64,000 nt of DNA from contig NC_045704.1 of assembly GCF_009834535.1 (NCBI RefSeq), positions 10,044,001-10,108,000 of the forward strand, given 5' to 3'. Of this stretch, positions 47,101 through 62,450 are shown in pieces (positions within the stretch are counted from its first letter, which is position 1; each line of letters starts with the position of its first letter). Below the pieces are notes generated by a model, which saw only the letters and a list, made by a program, of their open reading frames with translations, did not search any database and was not told the origin of the DNA. The position numbers and the translations under genes are program-made. The stretch is from Camelus ferus (lineage: Eukaryota).

Positions 47101-50034
47101 GCTCACCTTGACGGTGCGGATGTAATCCAGTGCGCTGGGGACTAGCGACTCCAGCTCAGGAAACCGCTTTGAGTACTTGTCCCGGATGAACTTGTGGATG
47201 ATGTCTGAGGGGGTGGGGAGGGTGGGAGTCCGATGAGGGGCAGGCTACTCTGCTGGCTCCCCCAGCATGCTTCCCCCTCTGCCTTCAGTAGGGGAACCCC
47301 TAATTGTAGCCGGGCTCATGGACACCCAGCACAGAGGCTGCACTTCCCAGCCACCCTTACTGCTGGATGGGCCACGGGAGTTAGTTCTGCTCCACAAGAT
47401 GTGAGCTGAAGTCATATGTGCAACTTCCAGATCACTCCTTAAGGGAAAAAGACATACCCTCCTCTACTCTCCACTGTTTTCTGATGGGGATGTGCAGGTG
47501 ATGGCTGAAGGTGGGCAGTCACCTTGTGCCATGAAATAGCTGGCAGATCAACAAGATACAAAGAGCCTGGACTCCTCATTCAGACTTTCACAGAAAAAAA
47601 TATGTCTCCTTCTCACTTAACCACGCTGTTACAACAGCTGAACCCGGGCTGGAGCCAATACAGGGGATGGGGGGCAGACCCTGGGGTGAGGGCCAGCGGG
47701 AAGGGTGGCCTGGGATCCTGCCCAGCCCTCCGGAGGAGGGACATCAGGCAGGGCTGTCTCTGCCTGCCCTTCCCGCCACTCACTCAGCTCGTTCTCGATC
47801 TCCACTGTCAGGTTGTTGGCGTCCACAATGACCCGGTACTCGGGGGCCGCCTCCACAGGGCCCATCACTGTGAGGATGAGAAACAGCCTGGTGTGGGTGT
47901 GCGACTAGGCACCCACCCACTCCCAGACCCCACAGCTCGGAGAGACGAGGGATGAGGCAGGAGGGGAGCAGGAGGGCGGGCTGAAGAGATGAGGGGACAG
48001 GTTTCCGTGTCTGCAGACCCCCCATCTCCCTTTCCAGGCCATTCTAGACTTGACCTCGCCCAGGAACTCAACCCTCCTGGGGCTCCCCACGCCGAAGGCT
48101 GACAGCCAGGCACCCCAGAGTGATGCTTGAGGCCTCTTACATGACATATGAGGACAAGAACCGTGTCTGTTTCCCATGGCTGCAGCCCCAGTGCAATGCC
48201 CTGAACACTCGGGGCTGCTTCACTCTCCTCCTGGCCTTTGCCTGTGTTGTTCCCTCTTCCCTTCCTTACATTTATTTCCAGAAAACTCTTCAGACTTTAA
48301 CTTATTTTACCCACAACCACCCAGGGAGGCTGGTGTTAAATCAGACCAATGCTGCAAAGAAACAGAAGGACATGGCCTGATGTCACAGAGCCAGCAGATG
48401 ACAGAGCTGAAATCTGCCCCAAGTCTGTGTTCTTAACTGTGATGCTCAAGTGCCGCTACATCCTTAAGGCTCAGAAGGCGCCTAAGAATGCCTCCCTCAC
48501 CTTCCAGGAGGGTCAGGCGCCTTCCGTGTGCTCCCACCACATGCCCGCCACATCCGTCGGAAATGATCACCACTCAGTTTTGAGATGTTTCGTGTCTACC
48601 TCCCCTACCAGGCACTGGGCGCGTGCTGGTCCTCGAGCCGGGCCTACACCAGGAAATGTCACTTCTCTGACCCACTACGGCTCTCTGGATCGAGAAGCTC
48701 TCTGGTCCGGCACTGGAAACCCTGCGGGACCTGGGGCCTCCTTTGGCCTCCCCCTGGCCAGGGATGCCGAGGCCATGCCTGTGCAGCTCTGTCCCTGGGC
48801 ACACGTGCCCCTGTTCTCGGCCTGGCGCGTGGACTCATGCTTCAGGGTCCACTTCAGATATCAGTTCTTCCCTGACCCGAGGTGGGATCAGCCGGCCTCT
48901 CCTGCAGCCCCCTCCACCCCAGCAAGCACTGCCCACCAATGGCTGTCTGGAACCTGGTCTGCTGCTCCTCTAGACCCTGAGCAACGTGAGAGCAGAGGCC
49001 CACAGAGGCCTGGCCCCTACGGTGTCTCAGGAAAATGATAAAGGAAGGAAGCAAAGAGTGAGTCTCCCTGAAACCCTGCTCTGACTATACCACTCCTCGG
49101 CCGAAACACTTCCCTTGGCTTCCTGCTGCAGAGGAATTCCATTTGGGAGCCCCAGTTTCACCAGGAAAAGGGGTGGCAACAGGTTCATCCTCTACAGAGC
49201 TGTCTGAACTCTCAGAGAACCCAGCTTTCCTCACAGCTGAAGTGAGAAAAGATTTCAGCTGATGCTTTCCTAATTTTTGTGGCTGCTTTTTTGTATTTTC
49301 GTGGTTACTTCCAATTTACCAAGTGATACCACCTTTCCACTCACAGCAGCGGTATCTTTCCTTCCTAGGTAAATTTAAGGAAAAAGTACGTTGACTTAAA
49401 AACCCTAAGTAAATAATAAGAGAAGCATTTTGCATATGTGGCAGAACTCTATAACTGATCATGTGAGTCGATGAAGTCTGGGAAGCCTTGAGATGGGTCC
49501 TGGCATAATTATGAAGCATTCAGGGCAGGAACTTTAGACGTGTCTGCTCTGGAATGCAGGATATTCTCAGGATAGCAGAGAATTGGGTTGGTTGGAAGAG
49601 AAGGGGGCTCTGGCAAAGGGTGAGAGGAAGAACCAATTCGCAAGGCCACAAGCTGACGAAGGGCCGAGGGGCCCAGCGGGAGGAGGTGGGGCGGGAGGGT
49701 GGGGTACCTTCCGCGGCGCTGGCCTGCTTGCTGATATACTCCTCAATCTTCATCATGATCTCGGCGAACTGTTAGGGGCGGAAAGGAGAGTCAGACCTCA
49801 GGTCCCTCCAGGAAGACGAGCTCCTGCCCGCGCCGCCTTCCCAGGAGCCCCTCTCACCATCTTGCTGTCCCACAGCTTGGCGATGCTCTTGACCGAGTCC
49901 CCGGAAAGATCCAGCTGAGTCTCCTCCTGCACATCCTCAATCGCTGGCTCCTCCTCCTCCTCCCCATAGCTCCCTCCTTCCTCCTCTTCTGCTGCCTCCT
50001 CCAGGTCAGCCAGGAGCTCGTCGGCCAGAGACAT
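38158..50034 (-). CDS. PRPF31: PRPF31, U4/U6.U5 tri-snRNP protein (Nop domain); 13 coding exons, about 499 aa; exon 13 and most of exon 8 are in N-gaps
   Basis: Exons 49858-50034 (MSLADELLADLEE), 49708-49768, 47784-47867, 47107-47204, 46409-46515, 44761-44930, 43412-about 43569 (only QSLPP visible), 42219-42308, 40505-40632, 40339-40411, 39559-39687, about 39361-39459 (gap), 38158-38283 (GLEIVNPQAAEKK...SGIMST*). Visible sites are GT-AG. Confidence 0.97.
39858..39950. repeat. Compound microsatellite (GGAGAG/GA)n(GT)n(CTGT)n in PRPF31 intron 11
   Basis: Directly visible. Confidence 0.95.
41590..42056. mobile_element. MLT1-type (MaLR) solo LTR in PRPF31 intron 9
   Basis: ggctttgaagatggaggaaggggccacaagccaagggatgcaggtggcctctggaagc and ggtgatttgttacagcagc end. 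Confidence 0.75.
43950..44270. mobile_element. MLT1A/B-type solo LTR in PRPF31 intron 7
   Basis: tgtcatgggctgaactgtgtcccctcaaa...gaatgtgactgtatttggagacaggg...ttatggcagcctgagctgactaa. Confidence 0.75.
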
Positions 50035-52285
50035 ACTGAGGCCTGTGGGGAGGAAGAGCAGGGTCCCCCCTCATTGCTGGGATGGGCCTCCCCTGCCAGA
50101 AGGCCCTGGTCCTTCTTGATCAACTCCCTAGCATGCAGGCTCCACAAGAACAGGGATATTCGTTTGCTTCGTTCTCCAGTTTCTAATCTGCCTGGCACAG
50201 AACAGGTGCTAAATAAATACCCGCTGACTTAACCCATGAACAAACCCCCCAGAACCAGATGGTCTCCAATCATAATTAAGGCTACCTACCCTTCTCACAC
50301 TCACTCCACTGGAGGAGACACAGCACACCCCTCACACCACCACTTCGCTGAGAACTACAAGTGCACCCTCTCCTTGATGAGACCCAACCTCTCCTAGTGT
50401 CCCTTTTCTCCCTATAGCAGAGGCCCCTCATCACTAACTGTTGGGCCTCAAATGGGTGACAGATATCCTAAAATACTCATCTCAGGAAAACCGAGTGGGG
50501 CCTAAAATGTCTAGAACCGCCAAGCCAATCACCTCTGGCCATGAGCAGCCTCCTCACCTATCCCAGGTGTTGGACGGATGTCAGTACCTTCTGTGAGTCC
50601 CACGCAGTGGAAAAGGTTGGGAAGCACTACTCAGCAAGGCACAATCCCCACCATTGTGTCCCCACCACTGCTTTTTTTTTTTTTTAATAAGAAAACTTCT
50701 CCCTCTTCCTTTTTTTTTCCTTCTCTTTCCATAAGACAAACCAAGGCTGCGAACTACATCCACAGAGGCTAAGTGGGTGACATAGAGAGTGAGTCGGGCT
50801 GGGGGCTGGGCAACAGGGAGATGGGGAGCCTGGAGAACTAGGGAATCACGCTTGATGTAAAAGCACAGCCAATGCTAAGCTTCAGACACGTCCTGCTGGT
50901 GGGAGCATGGGCTCCATGTTGCCAGGTATTCTAGTTTTTTTCAAAAAGTAAGAAATTCAGAATTTTTACGTGGAACCTCCCAGCTTGAAAAGTTTCTTTT
51001 TTTATTGTTTAAATGGATAATTTACATAAAAATAAACGAACTACCAAACCAAAACAATTACAGGAAAGATTTGGCCCTTGAGCTGCCAGTTGATGCTCAA
51101 TTGTCTCAGGTCAGTCTCCTCTGATATTCTTCTTTCTCCCTAAGATGCACTGTCCCCGTTATACTCACTTCTCTTTATAAGACCCAGTTTTTCCTTGTAA
51201 ACGCATCTACATTATCTCTCACACACCTTTCTCTAAAGCTCTCCTCTCACTTTCTCCCAATAACAGAAACTCTTTCTTTATAGAACACAACCCAATCCCC
51301 ATAGATGACTCAAATATCTCTTCTTATTCTCTCTTTTCTGTTTCCCCACTAAACTGTAAGCAGGGACTGTATCTGTTTGTTTGCTGCTGTAGCTGCTGTA
51401 GCAGAATGTCTAGCACATAGAAGGTATCCAAGAAATAATCAGCAAATGAATGAACAATTTTATTTAATCCTTATACCCATCACATTATGGTCTCCTTTCT
51501 CCAGATATCTGAATATATTATTTTTTCACCCCTGAAGTAGGGACACAAACGTTATTTCTTGCGGTATGAATCTGCTCTGACCCTGAGACTAGATCCTATC
51601 CCGCTGTACCCATCTTATGACCCCGTTAGTTAATTTCAACACTGGAGATTCTCTAAATTTCTAATATTTTGTTGTATGCTCATCTCCTCCATTAAGCTAA
51701 AATTTCTATGAGAACAGGGACCACTTTGTTCACTCTGCACTATCCCCATCGTCCGGCGTAGCACCTGGCGCGGAGTAGATACGACATCGCTTGCTTCCAG
51801 CCAACCTCTCCAGCCCCCACCCCAAGCCAAGCCCACAAGTCCTTCTCACATTTCTTTCGCTTACCAACTTCTTCCTCTCACTTGAGGTCTTCTTCCCCTC
51901 ACTTTTTATTGGCTCAACACCTCCTCTTCCTTCAATTCTTACCCTATATTCCAGCTCCCTGACTCACGCACCCCACTCCAGGTTAGACAGGTTGCCTGGT
52001 GAAACACACCCCGCACGCCCTGTGAGTACCCTAAGGCGCTTCACACACCTGTGATTATTTAAGTAATTACTTGACTGAGCCTGTCTCCCCAGGCACCAAG
52101 CAAACCGCTAAGAGGACCGGGAACAATTTTTCGCTCCTGCTATATGCCCAGGGCCGTAACACTGTAGGAGCATATGAGACCTTCAAGGAGTCGGTCTATG
52201 AAGGCCCGCTGTCCTCCTTACACACTTCCTCCCCTAGACCCAGGAATCCGTCCTCCCGCCCTCCCCTCGGCTCCCTCACACTCAC

Positions 52286-52360
52286 CTCCTCTCTCCGCAC
52301 GACCGTTTCTAGGAAATTCGCTTCCCAACAGCGGTCGACGCTCACTGATGACGTCTCACG
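52286..52360 (-). other. PRPF31: PRPF31 non-coding exon 1 (5' end approximate)
   Basis: Donor GAG|GTGAGT at 52286/52285 in the CpG island. Exon 2 acceptor at 50042, 8 nt before the ATG. Confidence 0.75.
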
Positions 52361-52990
52361 CTCGCGCCGTCGTGGAGGCAATGTTGCGCTCTGATTGGCC
52401 CCCGTCCTGCGGCGTTTGGAACAACAACTTTATTAGTACCTCCCGCTAGGCAGAGAAGGGGTGAGCTAGAGAGAGGAGAGGAGGATTATCCGGCTTATCG
52501 CCTACTGTGGACTGAGCCCGATAAGCGGAGAATCGCCGTGGTCTGACGACGGGGTGTCAAGGCAAGAATAAAGGCGAGGGCAACTGAGATAACTGGTGGA
52601 GGCGTTCGACGAGAAAGCAAGGCCTTTAAGCCAGGAGTCGGGGTGGAGGTGGAGGGGTTGGTGAGCGAGGCCGGAAATAGGAAACTACAGCTCCCAGAAG
52701 GTGTAGCGGCCGCGTCCCGGATGCTGTGACCGTGAAGCCTGATGGGACAGGTAGTTTTGCAAACGACTTGACCTAGAGGCTGCCGAGGTTGGAAGTTCTG
52801 AGGCCTGGGGCTACCAGAGCGGGAGAGAGATGGAACTGGAGCAGAGAGAGGGGTGAGTGGCTTTGAGGAAAACTACGAATCCCAAGAGACACTGCGGCTG
52901 CATGGTGTCAGCCTTCCGCGCTTTTACCCTGAGGGCTGATGGGGATTGCCGTTGCTCCAACTGCTTTGACTTAGAACTCTTTTAGGGACT
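52286..52990. promoter_or_regulatory. Bidirectional PRPF31/TFPT CpG-island promoter
   Basis: Divergent genes about 540 bp apart. CRE-like TGACGT at 52349, ATTGG at 52394, CCGGAA near 52671. ZNF143-type ACTACnnnTCCCA at 52684 and 52872, with an inverted copy near 52743. Confidence 0.85.
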
Positions 52991-54375
52991 GGGCTCCGTA
53001 TTCCGGCGTCCTGGTCCGGGAGAAGGCTACTGGTCCAGACTCCTGGATCTGAGAGACGGGGAGGTGGGATGCCGGGACTCCTGGGTCTGAGTGAGGAGTT
53101 GGGGACATGGTACTCCGGAAGGAAGAAACTGGAGGTCTGAACTCCGGGATCCTGGGAAGGGAGGGCTGAGGGCCCTGGACTCCTGCGTCCGAGGAAGGAG
53201 GGGGCTAGAGGCTTGGCTCCTGTTCTGAGGGAGGAGGGACTAGGTGCTGGGGGTTCAGGGTCCCTGAGCCCCCTGACCTTACAGGACCATGGCAGCCGTC
53301 GGCTTTGAAGAGTTCTCAGCCCCGCCAGGCTCCGAGTTGGCGCTGCCTCCGCTGTTCGGTGGTCACATCCTGGAGAGCGAGCTTGAGACAGAAGTGGAGT
53401 TTGTGTCCGGGGGTCTGGGTGGCTCGGGGCTCCGGGAGCGAGATGAAGAGGAAGAGGCAGCCCGGGGCCGGCGGCGGCGCCAGCGGGAACTAAATCGCAG
53501 GAAGTACCAGGCGCTAGGTCGGCGCTGCCGGGAGATCGAGCAGGTAGGTGAGTGTGGATTCCCCCGTTTTGGGGTCTCCTGGCCTAAATTGCCAACCCCT
53601 CCCAGTCTCTGCCTGTCTAGATGCCCAGGCTACCTTGCCTGGCTGAATGAATCTTCATTCATTTATTTATTCATTATTCTTTTATTTAGCACTTAATAAT
53701 TGCCAGGCACTGTGCAAGACACCTTAGACATGTCTTCTCTAGGAGCTTCATCTGACAACCCAGATCAGCTCGCCGATGTTTCACAGGTGCCTCTCATGCT
53801 CCCCACTGATCACACTTCAGATCTCATACCCCTGACATCAGTCACTCCTCATGCCCTGTTCCTTCTTCTCTCAAATCTCTCAGATCCTTCTCCTCCCCTC
53901 CATCCCCATGGCCCCTGCCCAGATGCAAGTTCTTTTGACTGAATCACTGCATTAGCCTCCTTAATGGGGATGAGGATGGAGCGGTAGGCAGGGCCCAGAT
54001 CCTGAAAGGCCATGAACACCAGGAAGAGAAGTTTGATTTATTTGTTTGTGAGTGACTGGGAGCTATTGGAAGATCTCAAAGGGGAGAGACAGGGTCAGGT
54101 CTGGATGTTTGAAAGACTGTCTGAATTTTGTTATTTGTTTGCTGGAGCTGCTGTAACCAAGAACCACAAATTGGATGGCTCAGTAACAGGAATGGGCTGT
54201 CTTAGGTTCTGGAGACCAGAAGTCTGGGACTGAGGCGTCAGCAGTGCTGGGCGATTCTGAGGGCTGTGAGGGAGAATCTGTGCTAGGCATCTTGCGTAGC
54301 TTTTGGTGGTTTGCTGGAGATCTTTTGTGTTCTTTGGCTTGTTAGATCTCTGCTTTCATCTTCACGTGGCATTCT

Positions 54376-54412
<37 letters not shown>

Positions 54413-57400
54413 GATTTCTTTTAATAAGGATGCCACCAGTCATACTGGATTACAGCCCACTCTAATCACCTCGCTTAACTTGATTACCTCCATGAAGACC
54501 TATGTCCAAATAAGGTCACATTCTGTGGTACTGGGGGTCAGAACTCCAACACCCCTTTTTAGGGGGACACCATCTAACACATAACAGTGATATCGGGGAG
54601 CTTTGGAAAGGGGGCAGTCAGTGTAGTGGTCCAGGCAGGAGAGGAGGATGGAGGCGGGAGCTGGGGTAGGAATCAAGGGGATGCAGAGGCAGGAGTGACT
54701 AGGAGAACTAATAGGAAGGTGAGGTTTGAGCCGAGTCTTAGGCTAGGTAGAGCATGTCAGGCTGACTGGGTGGAAAAGTGCATTCAGGACTCTGGGTAGC
54801 ACAGGGCTTGCTCAGGACTGGAGGGGTGTTCAGTTTGACGGGGATGCTGGGGAGGGGAAACGGCCTTAAATGCCAGGCTGTGGGCAGTGTGAGCAGTGGA
54901 AGTGCTTGGAGCAGGGTCAGCTCCAGGTGTTAAAATATATTCCCGTGAAGCTGCATGAAGGGTGAGCCTGTGCACAGCCTGTGGCCAGCAGCCCTGGTCC
55001 CTCCTTGTAGGTACGGACCCAGCAGACACACCCATGCACCAGGTGAGTTACCAGATAACTAGATACCACATTTTATCTTTTACCAGGTAGCTTTCCCTCT
55101 GCTCCATCCTTCCGCTCACCCCAATCTCTCATCTTCTCTCCACGGCCACTCCTCTCTCCTCTTTTCAAGACTCCGCACGTGAACCCCTCCCTTCCGCAGT
55201 AATATTCAATCCCTGCCACTTGGTGTTCACAGGGTCTTTTGGTGCAAGGGCAGTGCTGTCAGAGTGACCACTGTCACCTGGGAGCTCCCACTCTGTGCCA
55301 GGCCTGCTCTGGGGGCTTCGCACAAGGACATCTGGGAACTCTGTCAGCCCCGTAAGCAGCAGGTATCCTGAGCCCTGTTGAACTGGTGGATGCTGGAGTC
55401 CAAAGAGACTCAACCGTTTGCTCAAATGGAGCTGCGTTTGAGACCCTGCTCTTAGCCCACCCCCGGCCAGGAATAGGTTCTGTTATTATTCTCCTTTCAC
55501 CAATGCAGAAACCCAAGGCTCAGAGAAGTTAAGTAACATCCCCAAGGTCACACAGCTGATAAGTGGCAGGCTGAGGTTTGAACCCAGGTCTTTCTGACCC
55601 AGGAACAGAACACACTTGTTCACGTCTTAGCCGCACACCTCCAACGGCCCTAACTAAAGTAGCCAGCTCTTGCCCCAGCCACCGGCATATCTGCCTGTTT
55701 GGTGCCTTTCGAGCCCTTTATCCCTGTGAGGTCGTTGGTGTAGCAGTATTTAAGAAGCACCCATTCAGCCGGGTTCTGCTCGAGGCCCTGGGGACAGGGC
55801 ACAGACCCAGGCCTTTGGAGTTTCCATTCTGGTTGGGGAGAAGCCAGTGAGGACGCTGAGTAATGAGACAGGACACAAGGCGATGGTGACCGAGGCAAGG
55901 AAAAGTGGACCTGAGAAGTGTGGCGGGAGGGCGGAGTTCTGGCATGGGAAGTGGGGAGGGGCTGCTGCAGTTTAAAGGGAGGGTCTGAGTGGACTCAGAC
56001 CTTTAAGCTCAGACTTGGAGAAGTTGAGTTACGCAGGCACCTGGGGCAGAGCATGTGCAAAGCCCCTGGGACAGGAGGGTTGAGTCGGGGGACTCAAGCA
56101 TGAGCTTGGAGGCTGGTGGGAGTGGAGTGGAGGGAGGGGAGCAAGAGAGGTGGTGAGGAGGTGGGGGGCAGGTGCAGCGGGCCCTAGAGGCCCCAGGATG
56201 GTCCTTGGCCAGTCTCCCTGGTCCCCACCGGGGGCTCTGTTCACCATGTGCTGAATACCTGGAGTGCAGCCGACCTGTGCTTTCCCCGCAGGTCAATGAG
56301 CGGGTCCTGAACAGGCTCCACCAGGTACAGAGGATAACCCGGAGACTCCAACAGGAGCGGAGGTAACCCACTGCACACCGGCCCTGGGCACTGTTTCCAT
56401 CACCTTCCTGTCAGGCCAGGAGGAGGCAGGGCTGGAGAGGAGGGCTCTGGGCTGAGGCAACCAGGGTCCAGGAGTGGAACTGGGCCTTGGAAGACGGCTG
56501 AGCCATGGGCTTGAGGGGAGTGGGTGTGCTCCCTTTGAATGGAGTATAGCAGAATGCAGGAGACCGGACTTAGGGTCCTAGAGTCAGTTAGTTTCAAGCA
56601 CCATTTTGCTGTGTGACTTGGGCCAGCCACATCCCCTCTCTGAGCCGTTCCCTGTCACCTAAGGGTAACCCCCAAATCACGAGGCTGCTGAGACAATGTG
56701 GGAGCTCCCGGGGTGAGCTCAGCTCAGAGCCTCCTGCCTCAGGCCACCACGACCAGGAGAGGTGTGAGCTCTGGGGCCGGCCCACGGCCTGCTGTTCCCA
56801 CCTCCAGGAAGTGTGGAGCACGGGCCTGAAGGTGACGGCTCCGAGATGCTGTGCCCCACGCCCCGCGCCAGTCCTCCCCTCTGCTCACCTGACCCAGCGG
56901 AGACACCCTTTTCTCTGAAGCAATTTCTTGGCGTCCAGGTCATTCACCCACCTGGGATCCCCCTCCTCCTGGCCACTGCTCGGCTGCTTTGCTGGGTCAC
57001 TCTCATTTCCCCAAACCCTTAACCTGCAGGATGTGCGGCTTGGCTCCTGGGTTAGACCTGTACTGCCCAGTCCGCTAGCTGCAGGCGGCGACTCTATTTT
57101 ACGTTGAAAGTGAAATTTAATAGTCATTGAAGGGAATTTGAATTCATTAAATGAAATGGAAAATTTAGTTCCTCTGTGATGTGCTTAGTTGGCACAAGCA
57201 ATTAAATTAACTAAAATGAAGTGACATTAGAAATTCACTTTCTCAGTCACAGTAGCCTCATCACTTTCTCAGTGCTCAGTAGCCACTTGGTTCCAATTTT
57301 AATCTAAATTAAAATTAAACAAAACTTAAAATTTCAATATCTGAGTCACTTGCCAGGTGCTCAAGGACCAGATGAAGATTCTGGACCTGCATGGTGGTGG

Positions 57401-59291
57401 TTGCATAACAATGTGAATGCACTTAATGCCACTGCACTGCATGTTTTAAAGTGGGTACGCTGGTAAATTTTATGTTATGTATATCTTACCACAGCTTTTG
57501 AAAAGAATTTTTTTGAAAGTGTGAAAGAAAAAAAAAGATAAAATGTAAGACAGGCCAAGTCATTTCTCTGCTCACAACCCTGCAGGGGTCCGGCCTGTCA
57601 CACCTGCCTCCTCGCTCTGCCTACAACATGTCCGACACGCTCCCACCTCAGGGCCTTTGCGCTTGCTGTTTCTCCCGCCACCCCCTCACCCCAGAGAGGC
57701 CTCGCCCACCATCCCTTTGAAGTTCCAATCCCTCATCCTGTTATCACCCATCCCCTTTCCTATTTTCTGACTTGTCGTGATTTGTCGTTTGCTAACTGTC
57801 TGCCTCCCTTGCAAGGCTCAGTTCAGTAAGCACAAGGATCTTTGTTTTGTTCTCTGATACACCCCAAGCCCCTCAGACACCGCCTGGGGCAGAGCAGGTG
57901 CTTGGTACACCCTTGTAGAATGAAAGAGTTTGTGCCTGTGACATGCTCTGCCCAGGCGCTGGCTCACTCACAGGCACGACTCAGTTGGAGCTGGAAAAAA
58001 CAAAAACAAAACAAAAACCAAAGAGCTTTCAGAAACAGGGACGGGGAGGAGAAGGCAGCATCACCTGTGGGAGCGGTCTGCCCCCGCCCTCCACGCCCTC
58101 CAGTTATGAGTGATAATCACTTACGCTTGACTGTTTACTAAGCTGCCGTCCCACCGAGCACTTAGATCATTCAGGTGGCAGTGTTGCTCTCAGCAGACTG
58201 CCCCGTTGCATTGTCACCCCCCAGTTACAGAGCAGGAACGAGGCACAGGTCACCCTGTCTGGCCCAGAGTCTTGCTGGCTCTTCGTGTGCTCGGCACCCG
58301 GGTCTCAGAACCTTCCGGGTCCAGGACAGCCGTGGCTTCAGAGTCAGAGCTGGGACCCTCTCCCCAGCTGCCAAAAGACAAAGCTGTCTGCCTGGTGGCT
58401 TCTCTCTGGGCGCAGGTTCCTGATGAGAGTGCTGGACTCCTACGGGGATGACTACCGCGCCAGCCAGTTCACCATTGTGCTGGAGGTGAGCTTGGGGAAG
58501 GGGGCCAGGGGGCTGGGAGAGCCCGGGCCCAGGACATAGCCTTCACCTGCCCACCTACCCCCACTGCAGGATGAGGGCAGCCAGGGCACAGATGCCCCCA
58601 CCCCAGGCAATGCCGAGAACGAGCCTCCAGAGAAAGAGGGGCTGTCCCCGCCTAGAAGGACGCCTGCACCCCCGGAACCCAGCAGCCCGGCCCCCGGCGA
58701 GGGACCCAGCGGGCGGAAGAGGCGGCGAGCGCCCCGGGATGGACGCAGAGTGGGAGCTGCGCTGACCCCAGAACTGGCCCCAGTGCAGGTGGGAGAGGTG
58801 GACCCGGGCTCTGTGGGGGTGATGCGGGCCCTGCAGGGCTGGGAAGAGCCAGAGGAAGGAGGTGGCGCGGGAAGGGTTGGAGAGGGTGGGGGCTGGGCAG
58901 GGAAGGAGAGTTGGAAGATGCAGGCAAGGGCGTGCGTGGAGAAGGAAGGTCTGGAGGAGGTTCCGGGGAGAAGAAAAGAGAACCGGGGAGGGCTGGCAGC
59001 AGAGGAGGGAGAGAAGGCAGGTGAGGGGAGGAGACACTGGAGAAGCATCCGGATCCAGGGACTTTCCCCGAGGGGCACAGAGGAAGGTGTCTGGCCTGGG
59101 AAAGCGAGAACTGTGAGGCCAGGGGTCTCCTCCAGATTCCAGGCCACTCAGCCTTGCCTTTATCTCCCCAGATTAAGGTGGAGGAAGACTTTGGCTTCGA
59201 AGCAGATGAGGCCCTAGACTCCAGTTGGGTTTCTCGGGGGCCAGACAAACTGCTGCCCTACCCCACCCTGGCCAGCCCCCCCTTTGACTGA
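52830..59291 (+). CDS. TFPT: TFPT (TCF3 fusion partner, INO80 complex subunit F); 6 exons, 253 aa
   Basis: Exons 52830-52852, 53285-53543, 56292-56362, 58416-58485, 58570-58788, 59172-59291; total 762 nt. Reads [34 protein letters not shown]...[13 protein letters not shown]. Confidence 0.97.
53030..53260 (+). repeat. Degenerate MSR1-type array in TFPT intron 1, upstream of PRPF31
   Basis: About six units starting near 53036, 53075, 53109, 53139, 53177, 53214. Confidence 0.8.
54129..54587. mobile_element. MLT1C-type solo LTR containing a (GT)16 microsatellite (54378-54409)
   Basis: gctgctgtaaccaagaaccacaaattggatggc...ccaaataaggtcacattctgtggtactggggg; pure GT run. Confidence 0.75.
57120..57910. 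mobile_element. MER3/MER33 fragments, an L1M 3' end (about 57370-57540) and an L2 remnant in TFPT intron 3
   Basis: aattaaattaactaaaatg..gtgctcagtagccac; ggtggttgcataacaatgtgaatgcacttaatgccactg; ctcagggcctttgcgcttgctgtt. Confidence 0.6.
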
Positions 59292-59301
59292 CCCTCCCCC
59301 C

Positions 59302-59307
59302 AATAAA
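59302..59307 (+). terminator. TFPT poly(A) signal AATAAA
   Basis: AATAAA 10 nt after the stop codon. Confidence 0.85.
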
Positions 59308-59390
59308 CTGACCCCCGCATCCGCCTTGGCCAGTGTCTGCTGCCTCCACCTCTCATCACACACTCTCAGACTGGGTTTGGTTTTTGCATT

Positions 59391-59396
59391 TTTATT
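59391..59396 (-). terminator. NDUFA3 poly(A) signal AATAAA
   Basis: tttatt on + about 45 nt past the NDUFA3 stop codon. Confidence 0.85.
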
Positions 59397-59439
59397 GGGG
59401 GCCACCAGGGAGGGGGCCTCTCCCTGTCCAAGGAGGTGC

Positions 59440-62169
<2,730 letters not shown>

Positions 62170-62177
<8 letters not shown>

Positions 62178-62450
62178 CTTGGTCTCGGCGGCGGCGGCGG
62201 CGGGGAGGGCGCGGAGCACTCTGGGAGTTGTGGTCCCTGTACGCGAGCCTCTTCGGTCTGAGCCTGCGCGTGCGCACTGGCTCAGAACAGCCTTCCGAAG
62301 CAGCTGCTGCAGCAAAGGGGGCGGTGCTGCAGATTTAAGTGCAGACCCGCCTTGACACACCTGTCCCGCTCTCTTTTATCTCTCAGCCTAGAAAGTCGTT
62401 CCGGAAGAGTAACTTCCAGCCCTCTTGCGGCGGCCCAGCTAAGACGGAAT
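62170..62450 (-). promoter_or_regulatory. NDUFA3 promoter with motifs typical of OXPHOS genes (YY1, ZNF143-like, NRF1, GABP/ETS)
   Basis: AAGATGGCC spanning the ATG. (GCC)5 in the 5'UTR. ctgggagttgtggt at 62221-62234, TGCGCGTGCGCA near 62265, CCGGAAG at 62401. Confidence 0.75.
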
